A stretch of DNA of 34,193 nt from Octopus bimaculoides. Taxonomy: Eukaryota. Numbering within the stretch: position 1 is the stretch's first letter; each line of letters begins with the position of its first letter. The notes under the pieces were generated by a model. The model made no database searches and had not been told where the DNA came from. It worked only from the letters and a program-made list of their open reading frames with translations. Location of the stretch: positions 36,833,144 through 36,867,336 of the forward strand of contig NC_068982.1 of assembly GCF_001194135.2 (NCBI RefSeq), written 5' to 3'. Position numbers and translations under genes: made by a program. Shown piece after piece: positions 10,626-23,225 of the stretch.

Positions 10626-11357
10626 ACTGCTCTCTTCTTTGTTGTACTCTCATCTATCATTCGCCCTCTCCTCTATCACTGTGCTTTTCTACAACAATTT
10701 TACCTCTATTGCATCATGCCACCTGTATACCAAGGGATAGTATTGGATCTGTCAGTATTCAATCTCCTCTCACCATCACCCTTCTTTATTGTTATCCATC
10801 ACTCTCATACACATTTTCTTATCTATCTATTGTTGATCTTTTACATTCTCTTCTATCACACTTTCACTTTACTCCTTCCATCACCCTCTTCTCTTGCTAT
10901 CACTTTTTCCTTGTCATGCCATCCATGCTGTTTTTCTATTCAGTCTCCTTACCAACATGTAGCTATCAATCACAGTTTCACTTCCGTTACTCCCTCCTCT
11001 ATTACTTTCTTACCCCTCTCTATTTTTCTCACCTTATCCTGTCTTCTTTTATCCTATTTCTTCATGACTTGATCAATTTACCCTCCTGATCCTATTACCT
11101 TGAATGAATGGAAGCAACTTAGAGAATAGACTTGCTGAGAAGACAATCTCTCTGATGCTAGTACTATAATAAAATGCACCTAGTACACTCTGTAAAGGGT
11201 ATTCAGCCATAGAATCCATGCTAAAAATAGAATGTATGAGTGAGACATGGTCCCTGATCTGTCTACCTGGGCAGTAACTCCAAATAAAAACTGACTTTGA
11301 CTGTGATGAACCATCCAACCCATACTTGCATGGAAAAGTGGTTGAAAAATGATGATG
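10620..11357 (+). mobile_element. Composite element: CT-rich 5' region plus (GAT)n-tailed SINE core
   Basis: Core aaaatgcacctagtacactctgtaaag...gaaccatccaacccatacttgcatggaaaagtgg...gatgatg, preceded by about 500 bp of pyrimidine-rich sequence; mirrors the copies at 5969-6640 and 18544-19270. Confidence 0.6.
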
Positions 11358-12150
11358 CTGGAGAAACCTTTAATATTTTCTGGATCAAACATCCATCTGA
11401 AGAAACATTTTACTTTGAAATAGAAAATTATATTAAAAAATTTTTAAATCTAGTTACTGTTAGAGATAAATTTCTTCAGATTGATAGTCATGCCCTGTCT
11501 CTCAATGTAATCATGGTCCTCAGTAGTTGCCTTGAAATATATTTCATCTTGATAGGTTATTTTCTTATAAATATCCTCTTCCAAATACTTTAATGCTCAT
11601 TGCATGGTACTTGGAGATTTTATGCCATAAAATATCCATGTCCTTCTGAACAAATCAATAGAGATCATAATTAATGGTATGATCACCTTAAAATCCCCTT
11701 GAATTTTAATTTGGTGGTATTCATTTCTGAGTACAAAGTGAAAGGTGGATTTAATGTTAGGGATAGTACCAGGCTATTCTTATAATTAAGATGTACCTTG
11801 TAATCACTACAAATTTGTAATTTTCCATTTTAGCTTTCATTCTATCACAAAAGGTGGCACCCACTTGCTACCACTAGGTGGAACATGCTCTAATCAGCTC
11901 AGTTTAATCACTTTTCCTAACCTCACAACTACAAGTGCAAAAAGATAATTAGTGATTTTTGAAATTTGAAATATGAAAGATGATATGTACATCTTTCTTT
12001 GAATTTAATTCTTAAGCAAACTAATATTGTCAACATTTGGTACAACGCAATTGACTTGTCTTGTGTTATCAATATTTAGTATATCACTTCCAACTAGACT
12101 ATGACTTTTATAACAGTTCACTCCTACCACTTTTATAATCTTAAAAAGGG
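11358..12150 (-). mobile_element. Gypsy-type pol fossil: reverse transcriptase core (and possibly protease end)
   Basis: LEHVPPSGSKWVPPFVI..GKLQICSDYKVHLN (cf. EPV..SEWA.PIV..K.NG.LRICGDYKV.LN); FYGIKSPSTMQ*AL; TYQDEI (YxDD box); GMTINLKK; FDPENIKG. Confidence 0.8.
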
Positions 12151-15100
12151 GGAAAAAAGTGGTCGAATCAAAGAGGAAGTAATGTCTAATATCATCTTTA
12201 AATCACCCAATCTCTGTTATTTTAAAAGACAATTTAGTAAAGTTAAGCTTTCCTTAAAAAACTCCAAAGGAGAGAAATCTAATATTGAAAGCTTACCTCA
12301 AGATTTGTGCCATAGAAAAACACTTATGGGGTAAAATTCAGTCAAATCAGAAAGGAAGTAAGGACTAAATTCATCTCTAAGCCATCATATCTCTATTATT
12401 AAAAAAAAAAAAAACTCAATTTAATTAAGCGTACCTAACCATCATGAGAAGCTAATATTGAAAACACATCAAAATTGGTACAAAGTTAGTATAGGACAGT
12501 GACCAGAGTAGAGGGTGATCACTGGGGCATTAATCTATAATTATACTTGTTTGTACATACAATATATGCATGCATACACACAGACAAACACTTGTACATA
12601 TAAAATATACAATGGGATCTGAGCAAAGTGGTGATGGTCTGCATCTGCAATTAGTGAGCATAAATAATTAAAAAGAGAAAGAAATCAAGGGTTAATGTAT
12701 CAGATATGAATCCCCACCCTTTTTTTATTTTATTCATTTTTTTTTTCCTCAAAATATTTTTCAGAACTTTGTTTTGAACAATATTATAATTTTGCCCCTA
12801 AAACAGCTTTTCAAAATTTCCGACCCAGCCACCACACACATACACACACTCTTTCAAAGTTTTTTGCTTTTTTTCTGCTTTTGAAAATATTCAGATTATG
12901 ATAATCTGAAAAAGTAAAAAAAAAATTTTTGAAATTTAATTTTTATTATTAGCTTACTGCCCAAGCCTTTCCTATAGTCTTTTTTTATTGGGACCCAGCC
13001 AAGAGGCATGTTGCTTAAATTCAAATTCCAACTTCAGCTGCAATAATTCTTGTCCTGTACTTTTCCAGTTTCAATATTGTCACTTCAATATCTGCTTTTG
13101 CCTGTTAGTTGTGTGTGTGTGAGTGAATTAAAGATTCAATATAATGTATATCAAAATAGTTTTTTCCACTATTAGGGATACTTTCATCAAAAAGTAGAGC
13201 TTGCCTCCACTATTCTTGCCACTAACTGTCCATTTATAAAACTATGTTTACATATCGAAGAATGAATAGATGTTTATTCACAAGTTTCGTATTTCTATTA
13301 TAAAACTGCAAATTTTTTTAAAAATTCAATTGAAGTAACTGTTATCAGAATTCTTTCTAACTTGCTCTAAGCTATGCCAATAAGCTTGAAAAAAAAAAAA
13401 TGTAAAATTATGCTAATTATCTTAAATGATGAATCTATTTCTAGGTAAATTCCTATTAAAAGGTTATCTATGATAACTTTGTTACTTGATCTGCTAATGT
13501 GTTTCATACATTTTTAGAGCATATATTAATCTTTGCTACTAATGTTGAAATGTTTAGAAAAAAACCATCTGGATTCCTAAAATAAATCTCTAGTCAGTCT
13601 GTTTTGCTTTATAATACTAGTATTTCATGCTGAGAGCATTTCCTGTTTACTTATTATGCAGTATGGGGAACAGTTTCAGTTAAGTGTTCTTTTTTTCTTC
13701 TTGTATTTCATAATAGAGGGGAGAAATATGATGAGCATCTATCTCTGAGGAGGTTTAAGATATCATTTATTAGGCCAATTATGTTATTTTATGAACTATT
13801 AGGTGAAGTTATGAAGCATTTTATAACCTATTGTTTCTTTATGAAAGGTGTCTGAAGACACTCTGCTTAGTATCATACATGTTGTACCTTTTTTCCCCCT
13901 CCAATCAATAATGTTTCCTATAAGTTTCTTTCTTCTTTTTTTTTGTGTGTGTGTGTGTGGGGGGGGGAGCTACCCAGTTCTCCCTTGGATTTTTTGCAAC
14001 ATTTTATACTTCAAATCTTTATAATTAAGAATTTCTAAAGTTTAATTTTATATTTACATCTTCAAAAAAAGAAGCTAAATTAGTAATTAGATGTTTGATG
14101 ATAAAAACATTAGCCTCCAGAAAATGGAAACTAATACCTGTTGTAAGTTTAATAACAATTTCAAAATTAAAACTTCTTTATACTTTCCCCACTTCATTGT
14201 TGGTGTCATCATTAGAGTACAGAAACTGTACACTGCCAATTTACTTTTAATGTCAATGAAATAAGTATTACTCACATTCCAAGTTCTAGGGATTAGTATT
14301 ATCGACTACACTCTATCCCCTCCAAAAATTTGTCTCACTCTTATGTTAGAAATTATTATTTTATTATTCTTTGTATCTGAAGTGGAAATGTGTGATCGGG
14401 TGCTCTGTGGAATGATTTTTTAATAAACATATACTAAAAAGCATTTGTTTTTAAATATTTCCTTCAAAGAACTCTGCTGGGACATTTGTCTCTCCCATAT
14501 GGGGAGAGAGAAAAAAATTGATAATTTTCAGACATTCTAAATATGAGGTTTTGGTGTCTACATTCGACTTAGAAATAACTCTAACTTAAACTGAGATAAT
14601 GTCCACCAAAACTTTGAATGTAACACACTTAATAAACAACAGCAACAACAAGGAAATCCAGTTTAGTCAAAATAAATGTTATAGAAAATCTCCCTGTGAG
14701 ATGGTTAATAATGATATATATGGTCTTGAGGGTGTTCATTTTGTACTTTTCCTCATTTTTTTAATAAACTTTGTCCCACTCCACATCTTTTGTAAACCTC
14801 AGTGTGTAACATTTTAAAGTATGTATGAAAGAGTCCTGACAGCAATAATACAAAGTATGGATATAAAATACTAGATTTTGTAATTTTTCTCATGCTGTAT
14901 AACATGAATCAGCACAGTATGTCTGTTAGTCCTATGCCACTTGGAATCACACAAATTGAACTATTTTTACATTTGTTTTTAAGGAAGTTATGGATTCTCT
15001 AATCTTCAGGAGAACATTTCAATCCCTTCCTCTGTCATTTATTTACATTCTGTAACATTCATTATCAATATGAACCTGTGTATGTTGCTGAATTTATACT

Positions 15101-15396
15101 TTTATTCTAGTTTATTATCTTTTTTTTTTGTGTGGGGGCAAGGATTTTATGGAAACCTTTGAAAATGGCTGGTAATCATTCTTTGAGGGACAACTTAGTT
15201 CTTGGCTTAATTGATGCATTAATGACAAATAAGGTGTTGGAGATGATAACTAGAGTGATATAGCTACTTCTTTCATGCACACTTTGATAACTGTCTTTGA
15301 TCCATTTGATTTTTCATCAAGTAATGGGACAAAATATTATCTGAGAAAAGGGTAGACAGTAAACCTTTTACTTGGGTTGTTGATTCAAAAATGCCT

Positions 15397-15622
15397 TTAA
15401 CCCTTTAGCATTCAGATTATTCTGTCAAATGTAATGCTTATTTATTCATATAGTTTTGAATTAATCAAGCATCTTGTAGCTTCAAGATTTCAATGATGTG
15501 ATTATTTATTTTTAGAATGACATTGCAGGGTAGGTGTGAGAAGCCAGGTCTGTCCAGTTTAGAAGATAAAACAGGTAGAATATCTTGGCAAGATATGGAT
15601 GGTTTAAATGCTAAAGAGTTAA
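15397..15622. mobile_element. piggyBac-like non-autonomous element (MITE), 218 bp
   Basis: TTAA(15397-400) followed by CCCTTTAGCATT ... AATGCTAAAGAG followed by TTAA(15619-22); TIRs match 11/12; no coding capacity. Confidence 0.75.
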
Positions 15623-16544
15623 AACTTGATGTGAAGTCTGTTGAGCTTTTTTCTTTAACTTTGTCCATTGAGTTTTGGTCGATATGCTTGCCAAACAAAC
15701 AATTTGTATGTGGAACAAAAGGGACTAGTTAATTTTATTTGTACATGTTGATTAAATTTATACATACCTGGGTATGTTTTTTACTGAAGGAAGCAACTCA
15801 GCTTATCTGTTAAATTTCATAATGAAAAATTTGCAAAAACATCAGGGACATTTTTTTCTTCTGTGATGTTTGGAATGTCCATGTCTATTACTAAGTGCAT
15901 ACAATGTCTTCATTTTTATGGGGTGTATCTTTTTTTTTAGTTATTATATAATTACTTAACTATGTATGTTCAACATTTTTAGTGCAGATGGCTACTTACA
16001 TTAAAAATAACTAAATCATTTTTGCAATACCTCCAATTTTCACAATAATCTGACAAGTAAAGACACTATAAACATTTGAGTAAATAAGCATTTTTAGGTA
16101 TTTTCTGCACAATCATTACACGTCCAATTCTTTTGACTTGAAAAATTTTCAATAGGATGTTGGAAGTTAACTTTTACACTATCTTAACAATCTGATATTT
16201 TGGATGGGGGTGGGGAATATATTTCTTGGTTATCTGTTAACTTTCAAACATCTTACAGTTTTCTAAATAACTGTGAAATTGTCACAAGTATTACTAGTAA
16301 ATCATTGTTGTAAGAGTTACTATCATTATTAAAGCCCTTTACCATTCTAGTATTACTTTGCTTGAGAACTGAAGTCATTATTTTATCAGTGTAAAGTTTA
16401 TTGGTTTATGACTTGCTACCAGCATTCTGCTTGATTTTTATCAAAGAGACTCAGTTTTCAGTGCTGTGTTCCATTGAGCTGTAAATACCATACCTTACTG
16501 TTGATCCAGTATGTGCTTCTCTATGTGAGCCAATGTGGGAACCT

Positions 16545-16630
16545 TATTATGGTCCTTTGACCTGCTAGAAATAACAACCAATCATCTCTCAAATCATACC
16601 TGCTTGTCTTACAAAAGGAAGGACAGGAAG
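16545..16630 (+). repeat. Dispersed SINE-like repeat fragment
   Basis: gacctgctagaaataacaaccaatcatctctcaaatcatacc...aaaaggaaggac; related blocks at 22091-22120 and 23085-23225. Confidence 0.5.
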
Positions 16631-17726
16631 ATCAGAGGTTTTTTTGCTTTAGTTCATGTTTGTTATATTGAGTGAAGGTCATTGAAGTGATGGTGATAAC
16701 TAGAAATTTGTCCTTTTGTGTAAGGGGAGTTGTTTTGTTAAGTGTATTTTGAGATGTATGATAATACTTTAATCTGTTGTTGGTAAGTATAGATTTGGAG
16801 GAAGGAGATTTATATTGTGCTAGAGTTAATCTGTTTTTATGGAGTCTAGATTCTAGATTTGTGAAAGATAGTTGGAATCACTGTGTCTGATTGCAAATTA
16901 TCCTTTTCAGTTTCATATATTAAGTATATGTTAACAAGTACCTGTAATTAATACACTGGATCATAGAAATAAATATCTCCTCTTCACATGTCAAAAATTG
17001 TCAGTGTGTTGGCAAGTTCTTGACAAACTTAACTAATATTCTTAGGAAAATTAAGCTATTTTTAGTTTTATTACTTCTTGTACCTACTTCAAGTATTGAA
17101 TGTTGAACTATAGGAGATGAATATACATAATCTTGGTGCATGTAATTTCTGTCACTCAGAAATTGTGTCAGTCTGTTGATGATATATGATTTGTAATCTT
17201 ACTTATAAGAGACTAGTGCATAAAAATATATATTGTGTATTACTTATTGGTTTCAGAACTCCAAAGTTGACCTAGTTACTGTTGTTTTCTTCAATTTTAA
17301 TATAACCTGTTCACTACAGATATATAAATTATTGTCATCTTAGAAATGCTGTTCCTATTTGATAGAGCTTGTTTGTTAAGAATGAAAAGTATTATGATAA
17401 AGTGGATAAAATTTTCGTTCTTTCTTACTTGATTAAAAATATTCTTTTAAGAGATGTTAGCACATGTTTATGGCTTGCATATTTCAGGACTTAATTTTAT
17501 ATTTTAATTCTTCACCTACTGGGATAATAATCCAGTTGATGAATTGTTTAGTATCAGCCATTATACATCTTACATGTATTAACTACAACCATATTGTAGT
17601 TCTTGTTACTTGGAAAAGCACTGTGTGTTTTTTGATGGGTACTATTTAGCCCATCAGAAGGTGATCTCAATGGGTTTGCTGCTGAGTGCTACAAGGTTTT
17701 ATAGATTATATCTTAATAAATGTATG

Positions 17727-17727
<1 letters not shown>

Positions 17728-17770
<43 letters not shown>

Positions 17771-17836
17771 NNNNNNNNNNGAGTGAGTGAGTGAGTGAGT
17801 GAGTGTGAGTGAGTGAGTGAGTGAGTGAGTGAGTGA
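17728..17836. repeat. (TG)n and (GAGT)n microsatellites flanking a 10-N assembly gap (17771-17780)
   Basis: Directly visible. Confidence 0.98.
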
Positions 17837-17849
17837 GAAAATACATGGA

Positions 17850-18240
17850 CATTTCCATGGGGGAAGTTTGCTTTTTCAACCATGTAGTTTCAGGTTCAGT
17901 CCTACCACATGATGCCTTCAGCAAATGATTTTATCATAACCCAGGCTGAACAAAAACTTACAGGTTGTTTTTGTAACTGGGAACTGAAAAAAAGCCTGTT
18001 GTACATGTGTTTACATTTGGATTTCTCTGAAAATAATGCAGTTATGGGTGATGATGTTGCTATCATTTTCTGAATCAATGGTTTGTCTATTAGCTTTGCA
18101 TATTTGAGGGCATGTAGAATTCCTGACACTGACACTTTACTTGAAAAACATGCAAGGATTTACGTCAGCAATCCAGCTGTAAAACAGTGCTCCTATATGT
18201 TCTTCTAACCCATGCCGCCATAGAAAAGTGATCATAGAAA
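17850..18240 (+). mobile_element. Diverged tRNA-derived SINE
   Basis: Degenerate B box ggttcagtcc; SINE body; 3' blocks atccagctgtaaaac...aacccatgccgccatagaaaagtg related to the (GAT)n SINE tail. Confidence 0.55.
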
Positions 18241-18543
18241 TGAATATATATCTCTGTGTATATGAATGTTGTATTTCATTTCACTATGATAAGGAATCCT
18301 GCTCTAAGTTTGTAAGATAATTAACTTAGTTTCACATTTCTAATGCATGTAGAAAAGCTATTTATATCACATTACATTTGTTGTCCATTAAATTTTGCAA
18401 CACTACATATAAGAAATTGTTTGATTTTTATTAAAATGCTATAATGATAATCATGAGGATATTATTCTACATATCTATATCAACCCTTTTTAATTTTTTC
18501 ACAATCTAGCACATTCTTTGTATTATTTCTGAAATCATTCGAA

Positions 18544-19270
18544 CATCATCATTTGTTTTCTGTGTTAGCATAGGTTGGATGGTTTGACAGGAGCTGATGA
18601 GCCAGAGAGCTGTACCAGGTTCCATTGTCTATTTTGGCATGTTTTTTATGGCTGGACACCCTTCCTAATACCAACCATTATGCATTTTACATGGCACCAG
18701 CACCGGTTCTTTTTTTTTTTCATGGTACCAGCTGCAGAGGAGTCACCAGGTAACTAGCAAGACAAAGACTCTTGAATGATAGGGGGTGGGTAGTATTGAG
18801 GGATGTGGCTTTGTGCTAGCTGAGAAGTTAAAGTATAATAGAGGGATAAAAATAGGTGTCTTGCTATAGGGGAGATACTTGGCTACCCCAGTTGGAAAAG
18901 AAAAGAGAAATATAGAGATAAAGTTGGAGAGAAAGATAGGTAGATGGAGAGATAGTTCATGCTGGAGATATGTTGGGACATACCTACAAGGTACAGTAGG
19001 GGTGAATATAAATTTTACAAAGGATTGGACAGGATGAGTAGGCAGGGAAGGGTAGAGGTAGGAGTGATGTTTCATAAGACTATAATGGAAGATGGTTAGA
19101 GATAGGGTAAAAGTGGTTGTAGCAAGTGATAAGAGTGGCTCAGGGGAGCTATTGAAGATATGTGATGGCATTGAGAGTGATTGTGTGGAGGAGTTCACAA
19201 TCAAGTAGTGATCATGGGTGGGAGGAGGTGTGTAGGGAAGATGGGGTTTGGAGCAGGGCTTACTGGTGGA
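18544..19270 (-). mobile_element. Composite (GAT)n-tailed SINE with CT-rich 5' extension
   Basis: Core gttagcataggttggatggtttgac...ggctggacacccttcctaataccaacc; the extension aligns with 6200-6330. Confidence 0.7.
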
Positions 19271-19329
19271 CATTCTATCATACTCACTTCCACTATCTCA
19301 AAGGACATAGATATAGTTATCAACATTAA

Positions 19330-19800
19330 CATTTTCCAATACTTTGAATATCTTCCTCTTCTTAATGATCACTAGTTCAGCTTCTGTCAAACTAGATCCA
19401 CACGAAACTTACTCTCTTATAGCATCCACCAGTTGACTCTCACCTTGGATAGATTTGGTGAAATCCATGTTACTCTCAACAGTTGCAAAGCTTTTGACCA
19501 TGTCTTGCATGCAAATCTCTAATTGAAACTGCCTGCCTGACTCTTATCTCTTGGATTGTCAAATTGCACTATTGTAATGTGTCATGATGAAGCTCATTCT
19601 GTCCGAGATTCTATATACTCTTGTCCCAGAATTTAATTTTGTCCTCCCTACCAATGACCTACATACCATCATGTCCAACAACATCCACTCTTATTCAAAT
19701 GATATAATCTTTCTTTCTTCCATACTCTGTGCCTAGACACCACATATCAGATTGCACTGACTCTATGAACAGAGATCTTGTAAACATCCTCCAGTATGTA
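19330..19800 (+). mobile_element. CR1/Jockey-group LINE reverse transcriptase fragment
   Basis: LLNDH*FSFCQTRSTRNLLSYSIHQLTLTLDRFGEIHVTLNSCKAFDHVLHANL*LKLPA...TNDLHTIMSNNIHSYSNDIIF (decayed YADD)...NRDLVNILQ. Confidence 0.8.
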
Positions 19801-20049
19801 CATGAGAAAAAAAAAGAATAAACCTTTAAGAAACATAATCACATCTCATTCTGCTTAAAAAGGAGCAGCCTGTAGTTTAGAGCTTTCACAGTCATTCCAA
19901 ATGTAAGGCCTCCCTGTCATCAAAGTGATCTTCTGCTGAAATCATTTCCTTAACATAGAACCACATCTCAAAGACTAGCCCTTTTGTCCAAGTCCAGAAA
20001 ATATTCAGTCAGTATTGATTATGGGCTGAAGCATTTTCTTCAAAGCTCA

Positions 20050-20420
20050 GGTAATGTTCACATTGGGAATATTGTTCCCACGTCTTGTACTTTGCTACTA
20101 CTGCTGCACACACAGATATCCTAATCTGCATTCAGAGAATGGTCATTTGACTTATTGGCATATAGCTACTCATACACAGACATACTTCTCTGGTCTACAG
20201 ATATACTTCCCTTCCTGCTGCTACTGTAATGGTCCTTGCTCCTCAGAAGTGGCTGGTCTTGTACCAACTCTATTCAGGCAGTCTGGACTAATTCATCTCT
20301 TCTCCTCTCATCATCTGTGTTGTATCTTTTCTCATGTACTAACCACTGTGTCTATTCCTTTCTCTTCGGAAAATCAGCCTTGTAGAATTCCATCTCTGTT
20401 CATGTCTTTCCTGCAGGTGT
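20050..20420 (-). mobile_element. RTE (BovB-like) LINE 3' fragment
   Basis: DTCRKDMNRDGI...EEKR...; loosely matches RTE C-terminal KDVCKRDMK...EEKR...C..C; many stops. Confidence 0.45.
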
Positions 20421-20449
20421 CAACTTGCAAAATTTAAGTAAAATGCTAA

Positions 20450-21100
20450 CTGCATTAGTTTTGCTGGTCTTGGAAATCCTCCAAAGATTGTGTATGCTGT
20501 TCATTCTTCCAGACCCAGCAATTAATAACAAATTGAAATACAAAGTACTCTTGTACAGTCACAGAAAGGGGATTCTACATTGTATGTTGATTTCACTTTG
20601 ATGCCTCTATGGTGGCCAAATTGAACATGAAACCATGGAATCCATTAAGACAATTCCACATCCTCCATGTGAATTGCAAGCTCCTTTTCTACTGTTCTAT
20701 TTTTATATTTGGCTGTGGTTGAGTGTTTACCAATCTTTCTTCCCATAACTATATGTGGGTAAATATTTTGAAATATCAACATTATTATGAATTTTAACTG
20801 CTTTTATATTTGTTGATATCTGTAGAATGGATGCTGTCCATCTGGTACTTTCTTTTTAAAGTTTACTGGTAACATCTCCCCTTATACCAGGTGGAGCAAT
20901 GCCAGCCAACAGGTCAAAATCATTACTGTTAGTGGGCTTGAGCCAGTGAGTTATGTATTGATATGGCTTGCTGAGATTGGAGTCTGAAGATTCTGTATAT
21001 GAAGATCTAACCCATGCTGGGCACACATTATGCAGCTTAATAGCATAAAGCCAATATGGTTATTGTATCTGAGGACTCTAGGAAGTTTTGCTCACTTTGG
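20450..21100 (-). mobile_element. Ingi/Vingi-like LINE C-terminal fragment
   Basis: TILALCY*AA..AWVRSS...ITHWLKPTNSNDFDLLAGIAPPGIR...DGQHPFY...WRMWNCLN...SPFCDC; matches LALCYS.AEY.CPVW...ITGCLKPT...LAGIAPP.IRR. Confidence 0.7.
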
Positions 21101-23084
21101 CACTTACATTATTTAAATGTTCCTTGCATGTTAGACAACACTCTAATAACTTTTATTTCACACTATAATGTATTTAACTTTCTATGAGCCTCTGTGTTTT
21201 TTTAGATGCAGAAACCTTTGTTTTCACAGGATTAACAATTAAATGCATATCTTTACAGTAAGAGCATAGATTGTTTAAAGCTGTACTCAGGGTTGTTTTG
21301 TAGCCATTAAAATTCTTTATGGCCCACTATGCATAACTCATTAGCAGAGATAAAACAGTTGATCATTTGTGCAGATGTTGAGCAACAATGGAGTCTTTAC
21401 ATTGCTCTAAGGTAGATCATTTCGTGAGTAACTGTTCTTGTTATTCAGTATTATGAAGAAGCATTTATTACCTGTCATAACAACAGTGAGCCATGTGAGA
21501 TGAATTGTAGTATTTTAGTGTTTGGAGGTGAAAAAAAGATCTTTTTTTTAAGAGATATATTTGTCGGTGTCAATCATCCTGTACATCTGTCTCTCCATTT
21601 TGTTAACCTTATTTCAGAATAGATATAATGATACAGCAGAGACAGAGCTTAGCTTCTATCTTTATTTTGGACATTCGGTTCACTATTTAGTGCCCTTTCC
21701 AGTCTTGAAGATTTTACTTTTAGTTTTTTTTTCATTTTTGCTTTGTTTTTAGTTAGAATTGTACTTTTCATGAATCCTATGACTACATGTTGATTTGAAA
21801 TTTTCAAATGTACAAGTGGAGGTGCTTTTTCGCTCTTCACTTTAGGCTTATTATTGATTTACTGTTTGGTTGATCTTCTTAGTTAATATCAAAGCATTTA
21901 CAATGTTGGCAAGTATATAATGGGCCTAATTTGGGATTTTGCATTTGTCTTTCTGTGTCTTGTTTTGATTAAAACAAGTCATAGTCTGTTAAGATTTTAT
22001 TATTTAATCTATAATACATTAAAAGTCAGTTTCAATCTTGCTGTTTGCAATAAAGGACCCAAAATACCTGTTATGTGGTAGTAGGGTGTGCAAGAAATAG
22101 CAGCCAAATTTCCAACCCACAAAACAAAACTCTGTTGCTGAGAAACTCAGAGTTTCCTGGTGACTTAACAGGTCACGGGTAGTCTAGTTACTTATATATG
22201 TTTCTTTTTTACTGTGAAATATGTCACCTTTCTTGAATTTATTTTTATGCTCATTCAAGTCATCTCAGTCCGATTTTTTAAAATTTCTTTATTCACATCC
22301 TTCCTTGACTTAGTAGGGGTGTGTGTTTTTCAAAGTTGATGTTTGTAAAACTTATTAGCACATTTGCTTTTTAATTAATATTTCTTCGTATTTTTCCTAT
22401 CACTTTTAGTGATTTCGTTTTTTGCTTTATTGACAGTATGTTGGTTTTATCTCTTGGGATTATGCTTTAATGAAGAGTTTATATCAATTACATATACATT
22501 TATGTGTATACAGTGTTCTCGTAGGGTATTTCTGTATTCTTTTCAAGTAATCTCATCAATCTGTGGTTCACATTTATCACCCAGTTCTCTTCTAGTACCA
22601 AATAGTAATCTGCATACATGGTAGTCAGTTGCAATATTGTGAATGAAAAGAATACAACAAAGCACAGAAGACATTGTCTACCATAGCCAAAGTAGTTTCA
22701 GCTGCTGTAATTCTGCATGCCATTGACACTGACTTTTAAGGCTGAGAGAGAGAGAGAGTGAAATTGCTTTTGTAAAGCAGTCATTTTGTAAAGTTTCTCT
22801 CACAGGTTTCTGTGCAGCATGATTGCTTCTTTCGGATTGAGATAATCAGATTGAATCTGATTAATTAATTCTTTAAAGACCTGTGATGTGGTATTAACAA
22901 AAGTAATATGTGAAGATGATTACTTGCAACTGCAGCTGAATTTGCGTGAGGGTAGGAAGTTGCTTATGATTGTCCAACTTTGTACAAGGAACTATATAGG
23001 CATTCCTGAAATTGAAGAGTTTCATAACAATGTCATCTTTGATATAAAAGGGAATATCAACAATAAGCCACTTCGTAATTGACT

Positions 23085-23225
23085 GACCTACTAGAAATAA
23101 CCAAATCTCCCTAAAATTACACCTTACTGTATTCAAATAGGAGAGCACATTGGAAGACAATGGTCACAGCTGCAAAATCTTTGATCATAGGTTTATTTGA
23201 CCAAGCTGGAGCTAAATAACAATGT
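23085..23225 (+). repeat. Dispersed SINE-like repeat fragment (same family as 16545-16630)
   Basis: gacctactagaaataaccaaatctccctaaaattacacc...gagagcacattgg. Confidence 0.5.

Noticed and set aside
10616-11089. Longest ORFs in the track (157 aa, 118 aa; also 176 aa at 18743-19273)
   Set aside because: Low-complexity translations of the CT-rich repeat extension.
15465-15732. ORFs with a strong acceptor upstream
   Set aside because: They lie within the TTAA-flanked MITE.
17706-17924. ORF containing HT/SLTH repeats and X residues
   Set aside because: Translation of microsatellites across an assembly gap.
22876-23082. Open frame TCDVVLTKVICEDDYLQLQLNLREG...
   Set aside because: No recognisable homology; overlapping antisense ORF of similar length; splice signals unconvincing.
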